From Candidatus Omnitrophota bacterium (GTDB lineage: Bacteria; Omnitrophota; Gorgyraeia; 2-01-FULL-45-10), in assembly GCA_028715345.1 (NCBI GenBank), contig JAQUSB010000007.1:2287-66286 (forward strand): a stretch of DNA of 64,000 nucleotides. Reading direction: 5' to 3'. Below the pieces are notes generated by a model. That model was not told where the DNA came from. It did not search any database and saw nothing but the letters and a program-made list of their open reading frames with translations. The position numbers and the translations under genes were made by a program. Position 1 is the stretch's first letter; each line of letters begins with the position of its first letter. This document shows, one piece after another, positions 23,747 through 34,810 of this stretch.

Positions 23747-26113
23747 TTATTTATTTCCTTGCGTTTTTATCCATTCTATCCGTTTTTTCGCGAATGCCGA
23801 CTCTTCCACGTCCATACCGGCGAGTTTTTCATATAACTTTTTCGCCTCGGGCAATTTACCGAGCTTTTCGAATATCTGCGCGGCTTTCAATTCCGCCCGG
23901 ACGGACCAGAACTTACCCGCTGAAAACAAGCCCGGCACCTTCATATACTCTTCCGCCGCTTTCGCGAGATCGCCTTCCTCCTCGAAACATTCCGCTATCT
24001 CATACTGGAGCTGCGAATTCAGTTCGTTATTCTCCTGCCCGAGCGCTTTCTTAAGATAATCCACGGCGCCGGCAATGTCTTCCTCCTCTTTTTTGATGCG
24101 CGCTATCTTTTTGTAGCTGTCTCTGGCGGTTACCGAGCGCGGGTATTTCAGCGCAAGATCTTCCAGCTTTTTAACGGCTTCGTCCGTGTTGCCTTCTTCC
24201 CGGAACGTAAGCGCCGCCTGATAATACGCTTTCTCCGCCAGGTCGCTCGACGGAAAATTCTTGGGGATCGAGTAATAAGCTTCCCGCGCCTTATCGTAGC
24301 GGGCCTTGGCCGCGTAATATTCGCCGAGCCAGAAGGCCGCGTCCGCAGCCATGGGCGAGGCGGGATACTCTTTCGAGAATCTTATGAATTCCTCGGCGGC
24401 CTGGCCTTCTTTTCCCATATTATAATAACTCCATCCGGCCTGGTACGCGGCCATTGCCCTTATTTTTTCCACGGAGGTTTCTTTTTCCGCGTTTTTATAC
24501 AGAGAGAGGGCCTCGCCGTAGCTGCCGATATTATAAAGAGAATCGGCCATATATAATTTTGCCTCGGGGACGGCGCCGCTCGAAGGAAAAACTTTTATGA
24601 AATTTTTGAATTCGGACGCCGCGCGCTCGAAATCGCCGTTCCCGAAACTGGCAGCGCCGAGCCGGAACATGACTTTTTCCCGGAGCGCGGTGTTCGGAAA
24701 ATTCGTCAGGACGCTCTGGTAAGCGAGTATAGCCTGGCCGAATTTACCCGTCGTCAAAAATATATTGCCTATCTGGGCCTGGGCATAGTCGGCGACGGGG
24801 CTGTCCGGGTATTTGTTCAGGACGGCGTCGTAGCTTTCTACGGCCCTTTTATAGTCTTTAATGCCAAGAAAAATATCGCCTGTCCTTACATAAGAATTTG
24901 CTGCCAGGAGAGGATCCCTGGTCTTTTTCACGGCCGATCCGAACTGCCGGACTGCGTCCTCATCTTTCCCGATGAGTAAATATATCCGGCCCAGTTCATA
25001 ATGCATGCTGTCGATATATTTCGAGTCGGGAAATTTCTCTATCGCGTTCTCTATGAGCTCCCCGGCTTCGCTGTAATTTTTCGCCCCGGCAAGAAGCCGC
25101 GCCTTCCTGTAGTATGCTTCCGCCGCGAAGGCGGCGTTAGGATACGCCGTTATCAAATTATCGTATGCCTTCATCGCTTCGCCCGCCGTACCGGTCTTTT
25201 CATAGTTTTTCGCCAGCCCAAGAAGGACGGCCCCTTTCAGGGATCCGTTAACGGGCTTTTCAAGGCACTTCTTATACCACTTTGCGCTTTCATTATAATT
25301 ACCTATCTGGAAGAACGCTCCGGCCATGCGATATACGGCGAGTCCCGACCATTTGGCATCCGGCGATATCGCCAGCGCGCGCCGGAAAGACGCTATGGAG
25401 TCTTCGTATCTTTCCAGGTAAAAATCCACTTCGCCCGTCAGGTAATACGCTTCGGCCGTCTTTTCGGAGACCGGGAATCTCTCGATAAATTTTTTAAGGT
25501 CCGATCCGGCTTCGGCATACCTGGCCATCAGGTATTCGCACTCCCCTATGCGGAATTGGGCTTCGGAGGCGGATCTCTCATGAGGGTAGTCGGCGGCTGC
25601 CTCCCTGAAATACGATATCGCGTCTTCCAGGAGGCCAAGCTTATAATAACTCCATCCTTTCGAATATACGGCGGCGCCCATGTATTGCGACGAAGGAAAT
25701 TCGTCTATCAGGCGCTGGTGAAATTCCAGCGCTTTCTGGTAATCGCCGTTCTTAAGATATATCTCGCCGGCCCAGTAAAGGGCTTCGTCCTGCGAATCGC
25801 TTCCGGCGGGCGCGTTAAGGACGACCTCGAATTCGTACAGCGCCCTGGTAAATTTGTTCTGATGAAAATAAGAGCGCCCGAGGAGTGAATGGATCTCGTA
25901 TATGAGCGGCGTGTTCGGATAATTCCTCAGTAGCGATTCGAAACGCGCGGCGGAGATCTCATAGAGGCCGTCTTTAAACATTTTTTTGGCAAGCGCATAG
26001 TCGGCGCCTTCGGGCGTCTCGGCGGCAACGCAAACGGACGTCAGAAGAACGAGGGCTATGAAAAGAAATATCTTTTTCTTCGTCCCCTGCCGTACGGCCC
26101 ACGACCATGTCAT
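23747..26113 (-). CDS. secreted tetratricopeptide-repeat protein (788 aa)
   Basis: Signal peptide, then more than 15 TPR-like repeats (recurring A..Y......Y..A pattern). Upstream of exbB. Confidence 0.65.
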   Translation of the reverse strand: MTWSWAVRQGTKKKIFLFIALVLLTSVCVAAETPEGADYALAKKMFKDGLYEISAARFESLLRNYPNTPLIYEIHSLLGRSYFHQNKFTRALYEFEVVLNAPAGSDSQDEALYWAGEIYLKNGDYQKALEFHQRLIDEFPSSQYMGAAVYSKGWSYYKLGLLEDAISYFREAAADYPHERSASEAQFRIGECEYLMARYAEAGSDLKKFIERFPVSEKTAEAYYLTGEVDFYLERYEDSIASFRRALAISPDAKWSGLAVYRMAGAFFQIGNYNESAKWYKKCLEKPVNGSLKGAVLLGLAKNYEKTGTAGEAMKAYDNLITAYPNAAFAAEAYYRKARLLAGAKNYSEAGELIENAIEKFPDSKYIDSMHYELGRIYLLIGKDEDAVRQFGSAVKKTRDPLLAANSYVRTGDIFLGIKDYKRAVESYDAVLNKYPDSPVADYAQAQIGNIFLTTGKFGQAILAYQSVLTNFPNTALREKVMFRLGAASFGNGDFERAASEFKNFIKVFPSSGAVPEAKLYMADSLYNIGSYGEALSLYKNAEKETSVEKIRAMAAYQAGWSYYNMGKEGQAAEEFIRFSKEYPASPMAADAAFWLGEYYAAKARYDKAREAYYSIPKNFPSSDLAEKAYYQAALTFREEGNTDEAVKKLEDLALKYPRSVTARDSYKKIARIKKEEEDIAGAVDYLKKALGQENNELNSQLQYEIAECFEEEGDLAKAAEEYMKVPGLFSAGKFWSVRAELKAAQIFEKLGKLPEAKKLYEKLAGMDVEESAFAKKRIEWIKTQGNK

Positions 26114-28905
26114 TTTAACACTTCCTTGAGGTATTTACCGGTATAAGACACAGCGCTCCCTGCTATATCCTCGGGGGTCCCGCTGGCTACCACTTCGCCG
26201 CCTGCGTCGCCGCCGTCCGGGCCGAGGTCTATCACGTGATCGGCCGTCTTTATCACGTCGAGGTTGTGCTCTATCACAAGCACCGTGTTGCCGCTTGCGG
26301 CCAATGCCTGCAGAACGGACAGAAGCTTATCGACATCGGCAAAATGCAGGCCCGTCGTGGGCTCGTCCAGTATGTACAGCGTCCTGCCCGTCGACGTTTT
26401 CGATAATTCCGCGGCGAGCTTTATCCTCTGCGCTTCTCCCCCGGAAAGAGTGGTCGCCGACTGCCCCAGCCTTATATAACCTAAACCGACCTCGCTAAGA
26501 GTCTTCAGCTTATTTCTCACTGACGGTATGTTCTCGAATAGGACGAGCGCTTCCTCAACGGAAGTGTCGAGAATATCGGATATAGACCTGCCCTTGAATT
26601 TTACCTCGAGCGTCTGCGCATTGAACCGTTTGCCCTTGCAGACCTCGCACTGGACATATATATCCGGGAGGAAATGCATCTCTATCTTCTTTATCCCGTC
26701 ACCCGAGCATGCTTCGCATCTTCCGCCTTTTACGTTGAAACTGAAACGGCCCGGCTTATAACCCCGTATCTTCGATTCCGGCAATTTCGAGAACAGGTCG
26801 CGGATGAACGAAAAAGCCCCGGTGTAGGTCGCGGGGTTCGAACGCGGCGTCCTCCCTATCGGCGACTGATCTATTACGATAACTTTATCGATCTCCTGCA
26901 GTCCTTCTATTTTTTTATACGCCCCGGGCCTTTCTTTGGAACGGTAAAATTTTTTCGCGAGCGCTTTATAAAGGATATCGTCGACGAGAGTGCTTTTGCC
27001 CGAACCGGAGACCCCGGTAACGCATACAAAAAGGCCGAGAGGTATTTCGACATCTATATTCTTTAGGTTATGCTCCGAGGCGCCGATGATGCGCAGGACT
27101 TTCTTTTTATCATAAGGCCTTCTCGCCGCCGGCACCTCTATCTTCAGCTCATTGCGGAGATATTTACCGGTCAACGAATCCTTCGAGGCGAGGATATCGT
27201 CAAGCGTCCCCTCGGCTATCACGTGACCGCCGTGCTCGCCCGCGCCCGGGCCGAGGTCTAAAATGTGGTCGGCCTTGCGGATCGTCGCTTCATCGTGCTC
27301 GACGACTATGAGAGTATTGCCGAGGTCCCTTAGCGTAATAAGCGTGTCAAGAAGCTTCGTATTATCTTTCTGGTGCAGGCCGATACTCGGCTCGTCCAAG
27401 ATATAGATGACCCCGACGAGGCCGGAGCCTATCTGGGTAGCAAGCCGTATCCGCTGCGCTTCGCCTCCGGACAAAGTGTAGCTGGGCCGGTCGAGCGTCA
27501 GGTAGTCGAGCCCCACGTTCACCATGAACTGCAGCCTGTCCGATATCTCTTTTAAGACCTGGTGGGCGATCTTCTCCTGCGTCTTATTCAGATTTAAGCC
27601 GGACATGAAAGCGTTCAGGTCTTTGATCGACATCGCCGAAATTTGCGCGATATTCTTGTCTTTAATAGTGACCGCGAGGCTTTGGGGTTTGAGCCTTGCG
27701 CCGTTACAGGCCGGGCACGGCTGGGCGGACATATATTTGTTTATCTCCATCCTGATGAATTCGCTCTCCGTCTCGCGGAAACGCCGCTCGAGGTTCGGGA
27801 TAACGCCTTCATAGACGCCCCACCCCCTGCCTTTACCCTCGCCGTATAAGACCAGTTTCTTGATACTTTTAGGCAGGTCTTTGAACGGCGTCTCAACGTC
27901 AAAACCATGTTCGTGGGCCAAAGACCGCATTAACCGCCTGTAATAAAGATAAAGCCCTTTGCCGCCGCGCCGCCAGGCCTCGATGGAATCGATCACAGGC
28001 TTGGATTTATCGGGTATCACGAGGTCGGGGTCTATTTCCATTTTATTGGCAAGGCCATCGCATGCCGGGCAGGCGCCGTAGGGAGAATTGAACGAAAATA
28101 TCCTCGGCGTAAGTTCTTCCATACTTATGCCGCAGTCGGCGCACGCGTACTGTTCGTTGAAAAGCATGTCGGCCTTGGCGCCGCCCTCTCCCCTGGCTAT
28201 GATGACGATGCCGCTTCCGGCCTCGAGGGCCGTTTCTATAGAATCCGTAAGCCGCTTCTTTATGTCAGTTTTTATAACAAGCCTGTCGACGACAACTTCT
28301 ATGTCGTGTTTCTTGTTCTTATCGATCTTCACGGGGCTCTCTATACCGTATATCTTGCCGTCGACCCTGACCCGGACGAAACCTTCCTTTTTGACTTTTT
28401 CGAAAAGCTCACGATATTCGCCTTTCCTCCCGCGGACGATCGGGGCGAGCACCAGGATGGCTGTCCCCTCGCCCAGGTTCAATACCTGCTCCACTATCTC
28501 CTGGGATGTCTGCCTTTCTATCGGCTTGCCGCATTTCGGGCAATGGGGCGTACCTATGCTCGCGTAGAGAAGCCTCAGGTAATCGTGTATCTCGGTCTGT
28601 GTCCCGACGGTGGAACGGGGGTTGGAACCGGCGGTCCTCTGTTCGATGCTGATGGCGGGCGACAGCCCGTCGATGTACTCGACGTCCGGCTTCTGCAGCT
28701 GCTCGAGGAACTGGCGCGCGTAGCTGGATAGAGATTCGACGTACCTGCGCTGCCCCTCGGCGTATATCGTATCGAACGCAAGGGACGACTTGCCGGATCC
28801 CGAAAGGCCCGTAACGACGGTGAGTTTGCCCCTCGGTATCTCGACATCGATATTTTTGAGATTATGTTCCCTGGCGCCTTTTATGAATATATTATCTTTT
28901 TCCAT
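26110..28905 (-). CDS. uvrA: excinuclease ABC subunit A
   Basis: 931 aa. Two ABC ATPase modules ([11 protein letters not shown]; [11 protein letters not shown]), zinc-finger cysteines and LSGGEAQR signatures. Confidence 0.9.
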   Translation of the reverse strand: MEKDNIFIKGAREHNLKNIDVEIPRGKLTVVTGLSGSGKSSLAFDTIYAEGQRRYVESLSSYARQFLEQLQKPDVEYIDGLSPAISIEQRTAGSNPRSTVGTQTEIHDYLRLLYASIGTPHCPKCGKPIERQTSQEIVEQVLNLGEGTAILVLAPIVRGRKGEYRELFEKVKKEGFVRVRVDGKIYGIESPVKIDKNKKHDIEVVVDRLVIKTDIKKRLTDSIETALEAGSGIVIIARGEGGAKADMLFNEQYACADCGISMEELTPRIFSFNSPYGACPACDGLANKMEIDPDLVIPDKSKPVIDSIEAWRRGGKGLYLYYRRLMRSLAHEHGFDVETPFKDLPKSIKKLVLYGEGKGRGWGVYEGVIPNLERRFRETESEFIRMEINKYMSAQPCPACNGARLKPQSLAVTIKDKNIAQISAMSIKDLNAFMSGLNLNKTQEKIAHQVLKEISDRLQFMVNVGLDYLTLDRPSYTLSGGEAQRIRLATQIGSGLVGVIYILDEPSIGLHQKDNTKLLDTLITLRDLGNTLIVVEHDEATIRKADHILDLGPGAGEHGGHVIAEGTLDDILASKDSLTGKYLRNELKIEVPAARRPYDKKKVLRIIGASEHNLKNIDVEIPLGLFVCVTGVSGSGKSTLVDDILYKALAKKFYRSKERPGAYKKIEGLQEIDKVIVIDQSPIGRTPRSNPATYTGAFSFIRDLFSKLPESKIRGYKPGRFSFNVKGGRCEACSGDGIKKIEMHFLPDIYVQCEVCKGKRFNAQTLEVKFKGRSISDILDTSVEEALVLFENIPSVRNKLKTLSEVGLGYIRLGQSATTLSGGEAQRIKLAAELSKTSTGRTLYILDEPTTGLHFADVDKLLSVLQALAASGNTVLVIEHNLDVIKTADHVIDLGPDGGDAGGEVVASGTPEDIAGSAVSYTGKYLKEVLK

Positions 28906-28940
28906 AAGCGTTATTATATTTTAATCTTAACAATATTACC

Positions 28941-28998
28941 ACAAAAAACAAAAGGGGACAGATACCTATTTTTGAAATAAAAATTAGGTATCTGTCCC
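28941..28998 (-). terminator. intrinsic terminator (14-bp perfect stem GGGACAGATACCTA, 16-nt loop, then TTTTGTTTTTTG on the minus strand)
   Basis: Seen directly. Lies downstream of the 29022..29261 gene and upstream of uvrA. Confidence 0.7.
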
Positions 28999-29021
28999 TA
29001 TTTATTGATTCAGACCAACGA

Positions 29022-29261
29022 TTATTTTCTTTTTTTCTTGCCGCCTACGAGCATTTTAGCTCTCGAGACGTCGCCTTTCTTATCGACGAAGTAGAGGTAT
29101 CCTTTTGCTTTCTTCACCGCCGGCTTCGCTATAACCTTGCCGCCGCCGCCTTTGGATTTGCCCCTGGCCATCTTCGTCTCAACCACGTTGCCCTTCTTAT
29201 CTACGTAATAGAGATATCCTTTTTTCCTGGTTATCCCTACCTTTGCGACTTTTTCCGCCAT
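29022..29261 (-). CDS. small lysine-rich protein with duplicated KKGYLY(Y/F)VDKKG(N/D)V motif
   Basis: 79 aa. Two KOW-like repeats separated by a Gly/Lys tract, plus a basic tail. Confidence 0.5.
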   Translation of the reverse strand: MAEKVAKVGITRKKGYLYYVDKKGNVVETKMARGKSKGGGGKVIAKPAVKKAKGYLYFVDKKGDVSRAKMLVGGKKKRK

Positions 29262-30013
29262 TTTATTTCACCTCCCTTCGTCTGTATATTTTTAAGATTT
29301 ATATAATCTTCTTTGACCCTCGAAACACTCCTGAATATATTAGTCTTCACGGAAACGCAGTCCCGTCCGAGGTCCTTTATTATATTCTTCATCTTGCGCC
29401 GCTTCGATGTCTCGGAATTCGGACAGGCGCAGACCTGCGACGGGAATTTCGCCTCTTTCGCAAATCTTCGCGTATTCTCTTCCTCGACGTAACAGAGCGG
29501 CCGTATTATTGTTATCTTGCCGCCGAACAACTCCTGCCGCGGGTTCATCGCCGCGAATTCGCCCTTGTAGAACATATTCAGAAGAAGCGTCTCTATGATA
29601 TCGTCTTTGTGGTGCCCCAACGCTATCTTGGCGCATTTCAATCTGTCGGCCGCCAGGAATAACGCCTTTCTCCTGTTCCACGAACACCAGAAGCAGGATG
29701 CTTTCCTGTCCGGCTGAACCATTTTTATCTTCCGGAAATGATATTTTACTCCCAGGCCTTTGAATATTTTTTTCAATTTCGGCCTGAGCCCTTTATCGCA
29801 GAGAAAGTCCGTCTCTATGTGTATGGCGATAAGTTCGTACTTTATCGGCGCCCATTTTTGTCTCTCGGCCAGAAGTTTCAGCATCGTCAGGCTGTCCTTC
29901 CCGCCGGAAACCGCGACGAGGATCCTGTCTTTATCCTCGATCAAATCATAATCGGCTATCGCCTTACCGATCCTGTTCGATATGTAAGCGCCGGTTTCGG
30001 TCAAAGAGCGCAT
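29237..30013 (-). CDS. ttcA: PP-loop ATPase, TtcA-like tRNA 2-thiocytidine biosynthesis protein
   Basis: VAVSGGKDS PP-loop. CFWCS and CACPN cysteine motifs. Confidence 0.7.
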   Translation of the reverse strand: MRSLTETGAYISNRIGKAIADYDLIEDKDRILVAVSGGKDSLTMLKLLAERQKWAPIKYELIAIHIETDFLCDKGLRPKLKKIFKGLGVKYHFRKIKMVQPDRKASCFWCSWNRRKALFLAADRLKCAKIALGHHKDDIIETLLLNMFYKGEFAAMNPRQELFGGKITIIRPLCYVEEENTRRFAKEAKFPSQVCACPNSETSKRRKMKNIIKDLGRDCVSVKTNIFRSVSRVKEDYINLKNIQTKGGEIKWRKKSQR

Positions 30014-30018
30014 CTTTA

Positions 30019-30837
30019 CTATGTCCCAACCCTGACGCTGTTCGTAATACCGTCAAGCGTCGCTATGGCCGACAGGACGGCCAGTTCGCTCGTCTTGGGA
30101 TTGGCTTTCGAAGGAACGTTCTCCGTCCGGGTAAATATATTTCCGCATTCGCCTTTTATCTCGACTTCATGTATATTTTTCGTATATTGCGGCGAAGTAA
30201 CGATTCTCACGCACGTCTTTTTGGCGCCGAGCCCTGCCAGGCTCAGGACGGCGGAAACATTCACATTCTGCGGGAAACCTTTTATCGCTTCTTCGGCGCT
30301 TCCCTCGAATATCACCGTCTCGTCTTTTATGGCCGAGAGGTCCAACTTGTTTTTCTCCAGGTACGGCGCCCCGGCCAACCCTTTAACGGGCTTTCTCGTC
30401 GTAAGAGAAACGGAATCGACCCTCCCGGCCGAAGCCGACTTCAACCCGTCGACGCCGCACAAAGCGCCGCTGGGTATATAGACTTTCGCGCCTTTTTCTT
30501 TCGCGGCCGCCAGGAGATCTTCCCGTCCGACGAGGCCGCCCACGCTCATTATCATACAATCTCTGCCTGCCCTGACGCACTCGCTCAAAATATCCCCGGA
30601 TATCTTCGCGCTCGCCGCCTCCACGACCAGGTCGCATCTTTTTATAAGATCGCGAAGATCCAAAATTTGCGGGACTTTTTTGAGCGCTTTAACAAGGTTA
30701 ACGGCTTTATCTTTATCCGTATCACAGATCGCGGTAAGCTCAACCTTATTTTTGAGCCTGTCCTGGCATGCGCGGGCAACTTGGGAACCTATGGTGCCGC
30801 AGCCGATAACGCCTACCCTCAGTTTCGTTTTACCCAT
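30019..30837 (-). CDS. nadX: L-aspartate dehydrogenase
   Basis: VGVIGCGTIG Rossmann fold and NadX family length. Sits beside nadA, with no nadB in the window. Confidence 0.7.
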   Translation of the reverse strand: MGKTKLRVGVIGCGTIGSQVARACQDRLKNKVELTAICDTDKDKAVNLVKALKKVPQILDLRDLIKRCDLVVEAASAKISGDILSECVRAGRDCMIMSVGGLVGREDLLAAAKEKGAKVYIPSGALCGVDGLKSASAGRVDSVSLTTRKPVKGLAGAPYLEKNKLDLSAIKDETVIFEGSAEEAIKGFPQNVNVSAVLSLAGLGAKKTCVRIVTSPQYTKNIHEVEIKGECGNIFTRTENVPSKANPKTSELAVLSAIATLDGITNSVRVGT

Positions 30838-30858
30838 ATTCTCCGTAACCCCCAGCGT

Positions 30859-31830
30859 CTAATATCCCGCCAGGGCCGCGCCCTGGGCCTCGCCGGTCAC
30901 TACGAGCATCCTGTCCAGAGCCTTCTTCGCCTTATCCCTTATCTCGTCGGAAACTTTTATCTCATATACCATATTCTCGAGGCTATGCGCAACCCAGCCA
31001 AGCGTGATGAGTTTCATGTTGGCGCACACAAGGTGTGATGTGGGCAGGTAAAATTTCTTGTCAGGGTTCTCTTTCTGCAATTTGTACAGCATACCCGATT
31101 CAGTGGATATTATGAATTCTTTGGTCTTGGATGCTTTGACATATTTGAACATCCCGCCCGTAGAACATATATGGTCGGCCTGCTCCAGCACTTCCGGGTT
31201 ACACTCCGGGTGCGCGATAACCTCTGCGCCGGGATGCGCTTTCTTGGTCCTTAAAATGTCTTCCTCCTGCACCCTGATGTGCGTGGGGCAAAAACCGTCC
31301 CAGAGTATTATGTTTTTTTCGGGTAATTGCGACTGGACATACCGCCCGAGGTTCTTGTCCGGGACGAATATTATATCCTTTTCTTTCAACGCCTTTACTA
31401 CCTGGACGGCGTTGCTTGAAGTGCATGCTATGTCGCTCTCAGCCTTTACTTCAGCCGAAGAATTGACATAGCAGACCACTGCGGCCCCCGGGTACTCCCT
31501 CTTCTTGGCGCGCAATTTTTCCGGCGTTATCATATCGGCGAGCGGGCAGCCGGCTTCTATGACCGGCAGGAGCACTTTCTTATCCGGGTTCAGTATCGAT
31601 GCCGATTCCGCCATGAACTGAACGCCGCAAAAAACTATGACATCCGCGTCGGTCCTGACCGCGGCCTGGGACAGCGCAAGCGAATCCCCGCCTATGTCCG
31701 CTATCTCCTGTATCTCGTCGCGCTGGTAGTTGTGCGCTATTATTACGGCATTACGTTTCTTTTTCAGTTTCTCTATCTTCTTTTTCAGCGCTTCGTTATA
31801 TTTCAGATCGCTGTTCACAGGAGTGTTCAT
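30859..31830 (-). CDS. nadA: quinolinate synthase
   Basis: NadA family; conserved Cys residues. 323 aa. Confidence 0.85.
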   Translation of the reverse strand: MNTPVNSDLKYNEALKKKIEKLKKKRNAVIIAHNYQRDEIQEIADIGGDSLALSQAAVRTDADVIVFCGVQFMAESASILNPDKKVLLPVIEAGCPLADMITPEKLRAKKREYPGAAVVCYVNSSAEVKAESDIACTSSNAVQVVKALKEKDIIFVPDKNLGRYVQSQLPEKNIILWDGFCPTHIRVQEEDILRTKKAHPGAEVIAHPECNPEVLEQADHICSTGGMFKYVKASKTKEFIISTESGMLYKLQKENPDKKFYLPTSHLVCANMKLITLGWVAHSLENMVYEIKVSDEIRDKAKKALDRMLVVTGEAQGAALAGY

Positions 31831-32678
31831 TTCGCGCCTTTCACGATAATATTATCTATCAGCCTCGTCTTGCCTATAAATACGGCCAAGGCAATAAGGG
31901 TTTCACCGGTTACCGTCTTGATCTTTTTCAGGTTCCGGGGGTCCACCATCGATACGTAATCTATTTTCGCATTAGGTATCACGCGTATCATGTCTTCCGT
32001 CGCTTTTATTATTTTTGCCGCGTCCTTCTCACCCGACCTGACCAGCGTTTCCGCTTTTTTAAGCGATTCGTAAAGGGCGGGTGCGTTCTTCCTCTCGGCG
32101 GGCGATAGATATGCGTTGCGGGAACTCATAGCAAGCCCGTCAGGCTCCCTCACTATAGGCATTATCTTTATTTCGATACCCATATTAAGGTCTTCGGTCA
32201 TCTTCTTTATTATTATCGCCTGCTGCGCGTCCTTTTGGCCGAAATACGCTATATTAGGCCGGACTATCTGGAATAGCTTCGCTACCACGGTCGTAACGCC
32301 CTTGAAATGGCCGGGCCTCGACGCGCCGCATAGGGTATCTCCCAGGCCGCATACCTCCACATAAGTAGAATAACCGGCGGGATACATATCGCTTACGGAA
32401 GGATGGAATATCACATCCACGCCTGCCGACGCGGCCAGATGCTCGTCTCGCTTGAGATCCCTGGGATATTTTTCGAAATCCTCTTTAGGGCCGAATTGCA
32501 TGGGATTGACAAATATGCTCATGACGACCACATCGGTATGTTTTCTCGCGGCGCGCACCAGTGAAAGATGGCCTTCGTGCAGATAACCCATCGTGGGAAT
32601 AAGGCTTATGGACTTGCCTTCTTTTTTGAAGATCTTTACAAGGGTGGACATTCTCGGTATAGTATCTACTACTTTCAC
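31827..32678 (-). CDS. panC: pantoate--beta-alanine ligase
   Basis: PTMGYLHEGHLSL (HIGH-type) motif. Confidence 0.85.
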   Translation of the reverse strand: MKVVDTIPRMSTLVKIFKKEGKSISLIPTMGYLHEGHLSLVRAARKHTDVVVMSIFVNPMQFGPKEDFEKYPRDLKRDEHLAASAGVDVIFHPSVSDMYPAGYSTYVEVCGLGDTLCGASRPGHFKGVTTVVAKLFQIVRPNIAYFGQKDAQQAIIIKKMTEDLNMGIEIKIMPIVREPDGLAMSSRNAYLSPAERKNAPALYESLKKAETLVRSGEKDAAKIIKATEDMIRVIPNAKIDYVSMVDPRNLKKIKTVTGETLIALAVFIGKTRLIDNIIVKGAK

Positions 32679-32679
32679 G

Positions 32680-33084
32680 CTAGATCCTTCCTAATTCTTT
32701 CAGTCCCCGCAAAACAAAATCTCTTTCCGGTATCTTCGGGTGCGGGACCACAAGACCGGTTTCCTCTATTACATCCTGGCCGTAATATAAAATATCGAGG
32801 TCTATCTCTCTGGGCGCATTTTTCAAAGTCCTCTTCCTGCCGAGCTTCTTCTCTATCTTATTCAGCTCCGTTAAAAGCTCGCGCGGAGTAATTCCGGCCT
32901 CTATTTCCAGGACGCCGTTCAAAAATTTGCCCTGAGGTATATCGCTGACAGGTTCCGTTTCGTATATCGAAGAGCTTCTTTTGAACTTTATGCCTTTTAC
33001 GGCCTTCAATTCTTCTATAGCTCTGTCTATATTTTGCCGCCTGTCGCCTAAATTCGACCCTATACCGATATAGCAGGTCTCCAT
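32680..33084 (-). CDS. folK: 2-amino-4-hydroxy-6-hydroxymethyldihydropteridine pyrophosphokinase
   Basis: IGIGSNLGDR ... YETEP ... IDLDIL motifs. Confidence 0.85.
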   Translation of the reverse strand: METCYIGIGSNLGDRRQNIDRAIEELKAVKGIKFKRSSSIYETEPVSDIPQGKFLNGVLEIEAGITPRELLTELNKIEKKLGRKRTLKNAPREIDLDILYYGQDVIEETGLVVPHPKIPERDFVLRGLKELGRI

Positions 33085-33086
33085 CT

Positions 33087-34256
33087 TTAGGTGAGCCTGT
33101 CCTTTATACGCCTGACAGCCTCTTTAATACGCTTCTTGTCCACAGTGAGCGCGAACCTGATGTAACCTTCGCCATTCTCGCCGAACCCGTTGCCCGGCGT
33201 CGCCACTATATCGCACTTCTCGAGCAATTCTTTCGCGAACGCAGCCGAGGTGTACCTGGACGGCACGTGGGCCCAGACGTAGAACGTGGCTTTCGGCTTC
33301 TCGACTTTCCAGCCGAGCCCCTGCAGGCCGTCGACGAGGACATTCCTGCGTTCTTCGTATATCTTTAAGACCGACCTCATCTGCTTGTCGTAATTTTTCA
33401 GAGCCGCGACCCCGGCCCACTGTATGGCGAAGAATGCGCCTGAATCGATATTGGATTTGACTTTCGCCAGGCCCGAGACGATATCCTTATTTCCTACCGC
33501 GAATCCCAGCCGCCACCCCGTCATATTGAATGTCTTCGAGAGAGAGTGGAACTCTATAGCCACATCTTTGGCGCCGTCCACTTCGAATATGCTCGGGGCC
33601 TTGTAGCCGTCGTATCCCATCTCGGAATAAGCGGCGTCGTGGCATACGATTATATTATGTTTGGCCGCGAACTCTACTACGCGCTCGAAAAACTTCTTAT
33701 CGCAAACCGCCGATGTGGGATTATTGGGGTAATTTATGAACATCATCCTGACCTTGTGCAGGATGGCGTGGTTGACCGCTTTAAGGTCCGGTAAAAAGTG
33801 ACGTTCGGCCTTTAAGGGCATAACTACTATTTCTCCGCCGGCAAATAAAGTGGATGATTTGTAAGGAGGGTAACACGGGTCCGGGACCAGCACACAATCG
33901 CCCGGGTTTACGAACGCGAGCGGGATGTGCGCGATGCCTTCTTTGGAGCCTATAAGAGGATATATTTCGGCGTCGGGATCGAATTTCACGCCGTAGCGCT
34001 TAAAGAACCATTTAGCGCATTCATTCCTGAATTCGGGCAATCCCTGGTCAAGAGGATAGCGGTGATTTTTAGGGTCGCGGGCGGCGCGATTAAGCGCGTC
34101 TATGATGAATCGCGGCGTAGGGATATCCGGGTCGCCGATGCCGAGATCTATGATGTCGCGGCCTTCTTCGCGGGCTTTTTTCTTAGCCTTATCGATCTCG
34201 ATAAATAAATACGGCGGCAGCTTCTTCAGCCTCTCGGACTTCTCGATCTTTATCAT
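33087..34256 (-). CDS. dapL: class I/II aminotransferase, LL-diaminopimelate aminotransferase-like
   Basis: PLP aminotransferase fold (SKTFNMTGWR lysine region). Located in the dap/lys block. Confidence 0.65.
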   Translation of the reverse strand: MIKIEKSERLKKLPPYLFIEIDKAKKKAREEGRDIIDLGIGDPDIPTPRFIIDALNRAARDPKNHRYPLDQGLPEFRNECAKWFFKRYGVKFDPDAEIYPLIGSKEGIAHIPLAFVNPGDCVLVPDPCYPPYKSSTLFAGGEIVVMPLKAERHFLPDLKAVNHAILHKVRMMFINYPNNPTSAVCDKKFFERVVEFAAKHNIIVCHDAAYSEMGYDGYKAPSIFEVDGAKDVAIEFHSLSKTFNMTGWRLGFAVGNKDIVSGLAKVKSNIDSGAFFAIQWAGVAALKNYDKQMRSVLKIYEERRNVLVDGLQGLGWKVEKPKATFYVWAHVPSRYTSAAFAKELLEKCDIVATPGNGFGENGEGYIRFALTVDKKRIKEAVRRIKDRLT

Positions 34257-34265
34257 AATGGCCCC

Positions 34266-34799
34266 CTAGTTCGATGCCAGCAGTTTTTTATACATCTCGA
34301 CGTTTTTGTCGATAGACTCTATTACCTGCAGCGGAGCGTCGTGGCTTATGTACAACTTCCTGATACTCTCCATGGCCGCTATCTCGGACATCATCGCCGT
34401 ATGGGTGAAGTTCCTTATATTTATGATGTCTTTCTGTATCGTGGCTTCGTTCGCCTTCAGCCTGTAAGTATAAGCTTCGACGACTTTCTCGTGATACTCT
34501 TTAAATTCAGCCGGCGGTTCCAGCGCCTTAAGAAGATCCACTATAGCGGATAATTTCTTCGTGGTATCGGCAAGGACCTTCTCTCCCGTCACCGTATCTT
34601 TATTCTTTATTGCCGCGCCCAATTCCGAATTTTGCCTGAGCGCCAGCTTTCTGCTCATATCCATGAGCGACTCGACTTTATCGAGATAGGCTTGCTGGGC
34701 GGTTATCCATTCACGCCATTTAGAAACGTCATCCTGTGCGGCGCAAAGGACCGCGGACGCGAAAAGAACGGGAAATATTAAAAAAATTATTTTTTTCAA
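34266..34799 (-). CDS. secreted hypothetical protein
   Basis: Signal peptide MKKIIFLIFPVLFASAVLCAAQ, then a predicted helical protein of 177 aa. Confidence 0.45.
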   Translation of the reverse strand: MKKIIFLIFPVLFASAVLCAAQDDVSKWREWITAQQAYLDKVESLMDMSRKLALRQNSELGAAIKNKDTVTGEKVLADTTKKLSAIVDLLKALEPPAEFKEYHEKVVEAYTYRLKANEATIQKDIINIRNFTHTAMMSEIAAMESIRKLYISHDAPLQVIESIDKNVEMYKKLLASN

Positions 34800-34810
34800 A
34801 TGAAATAGCC

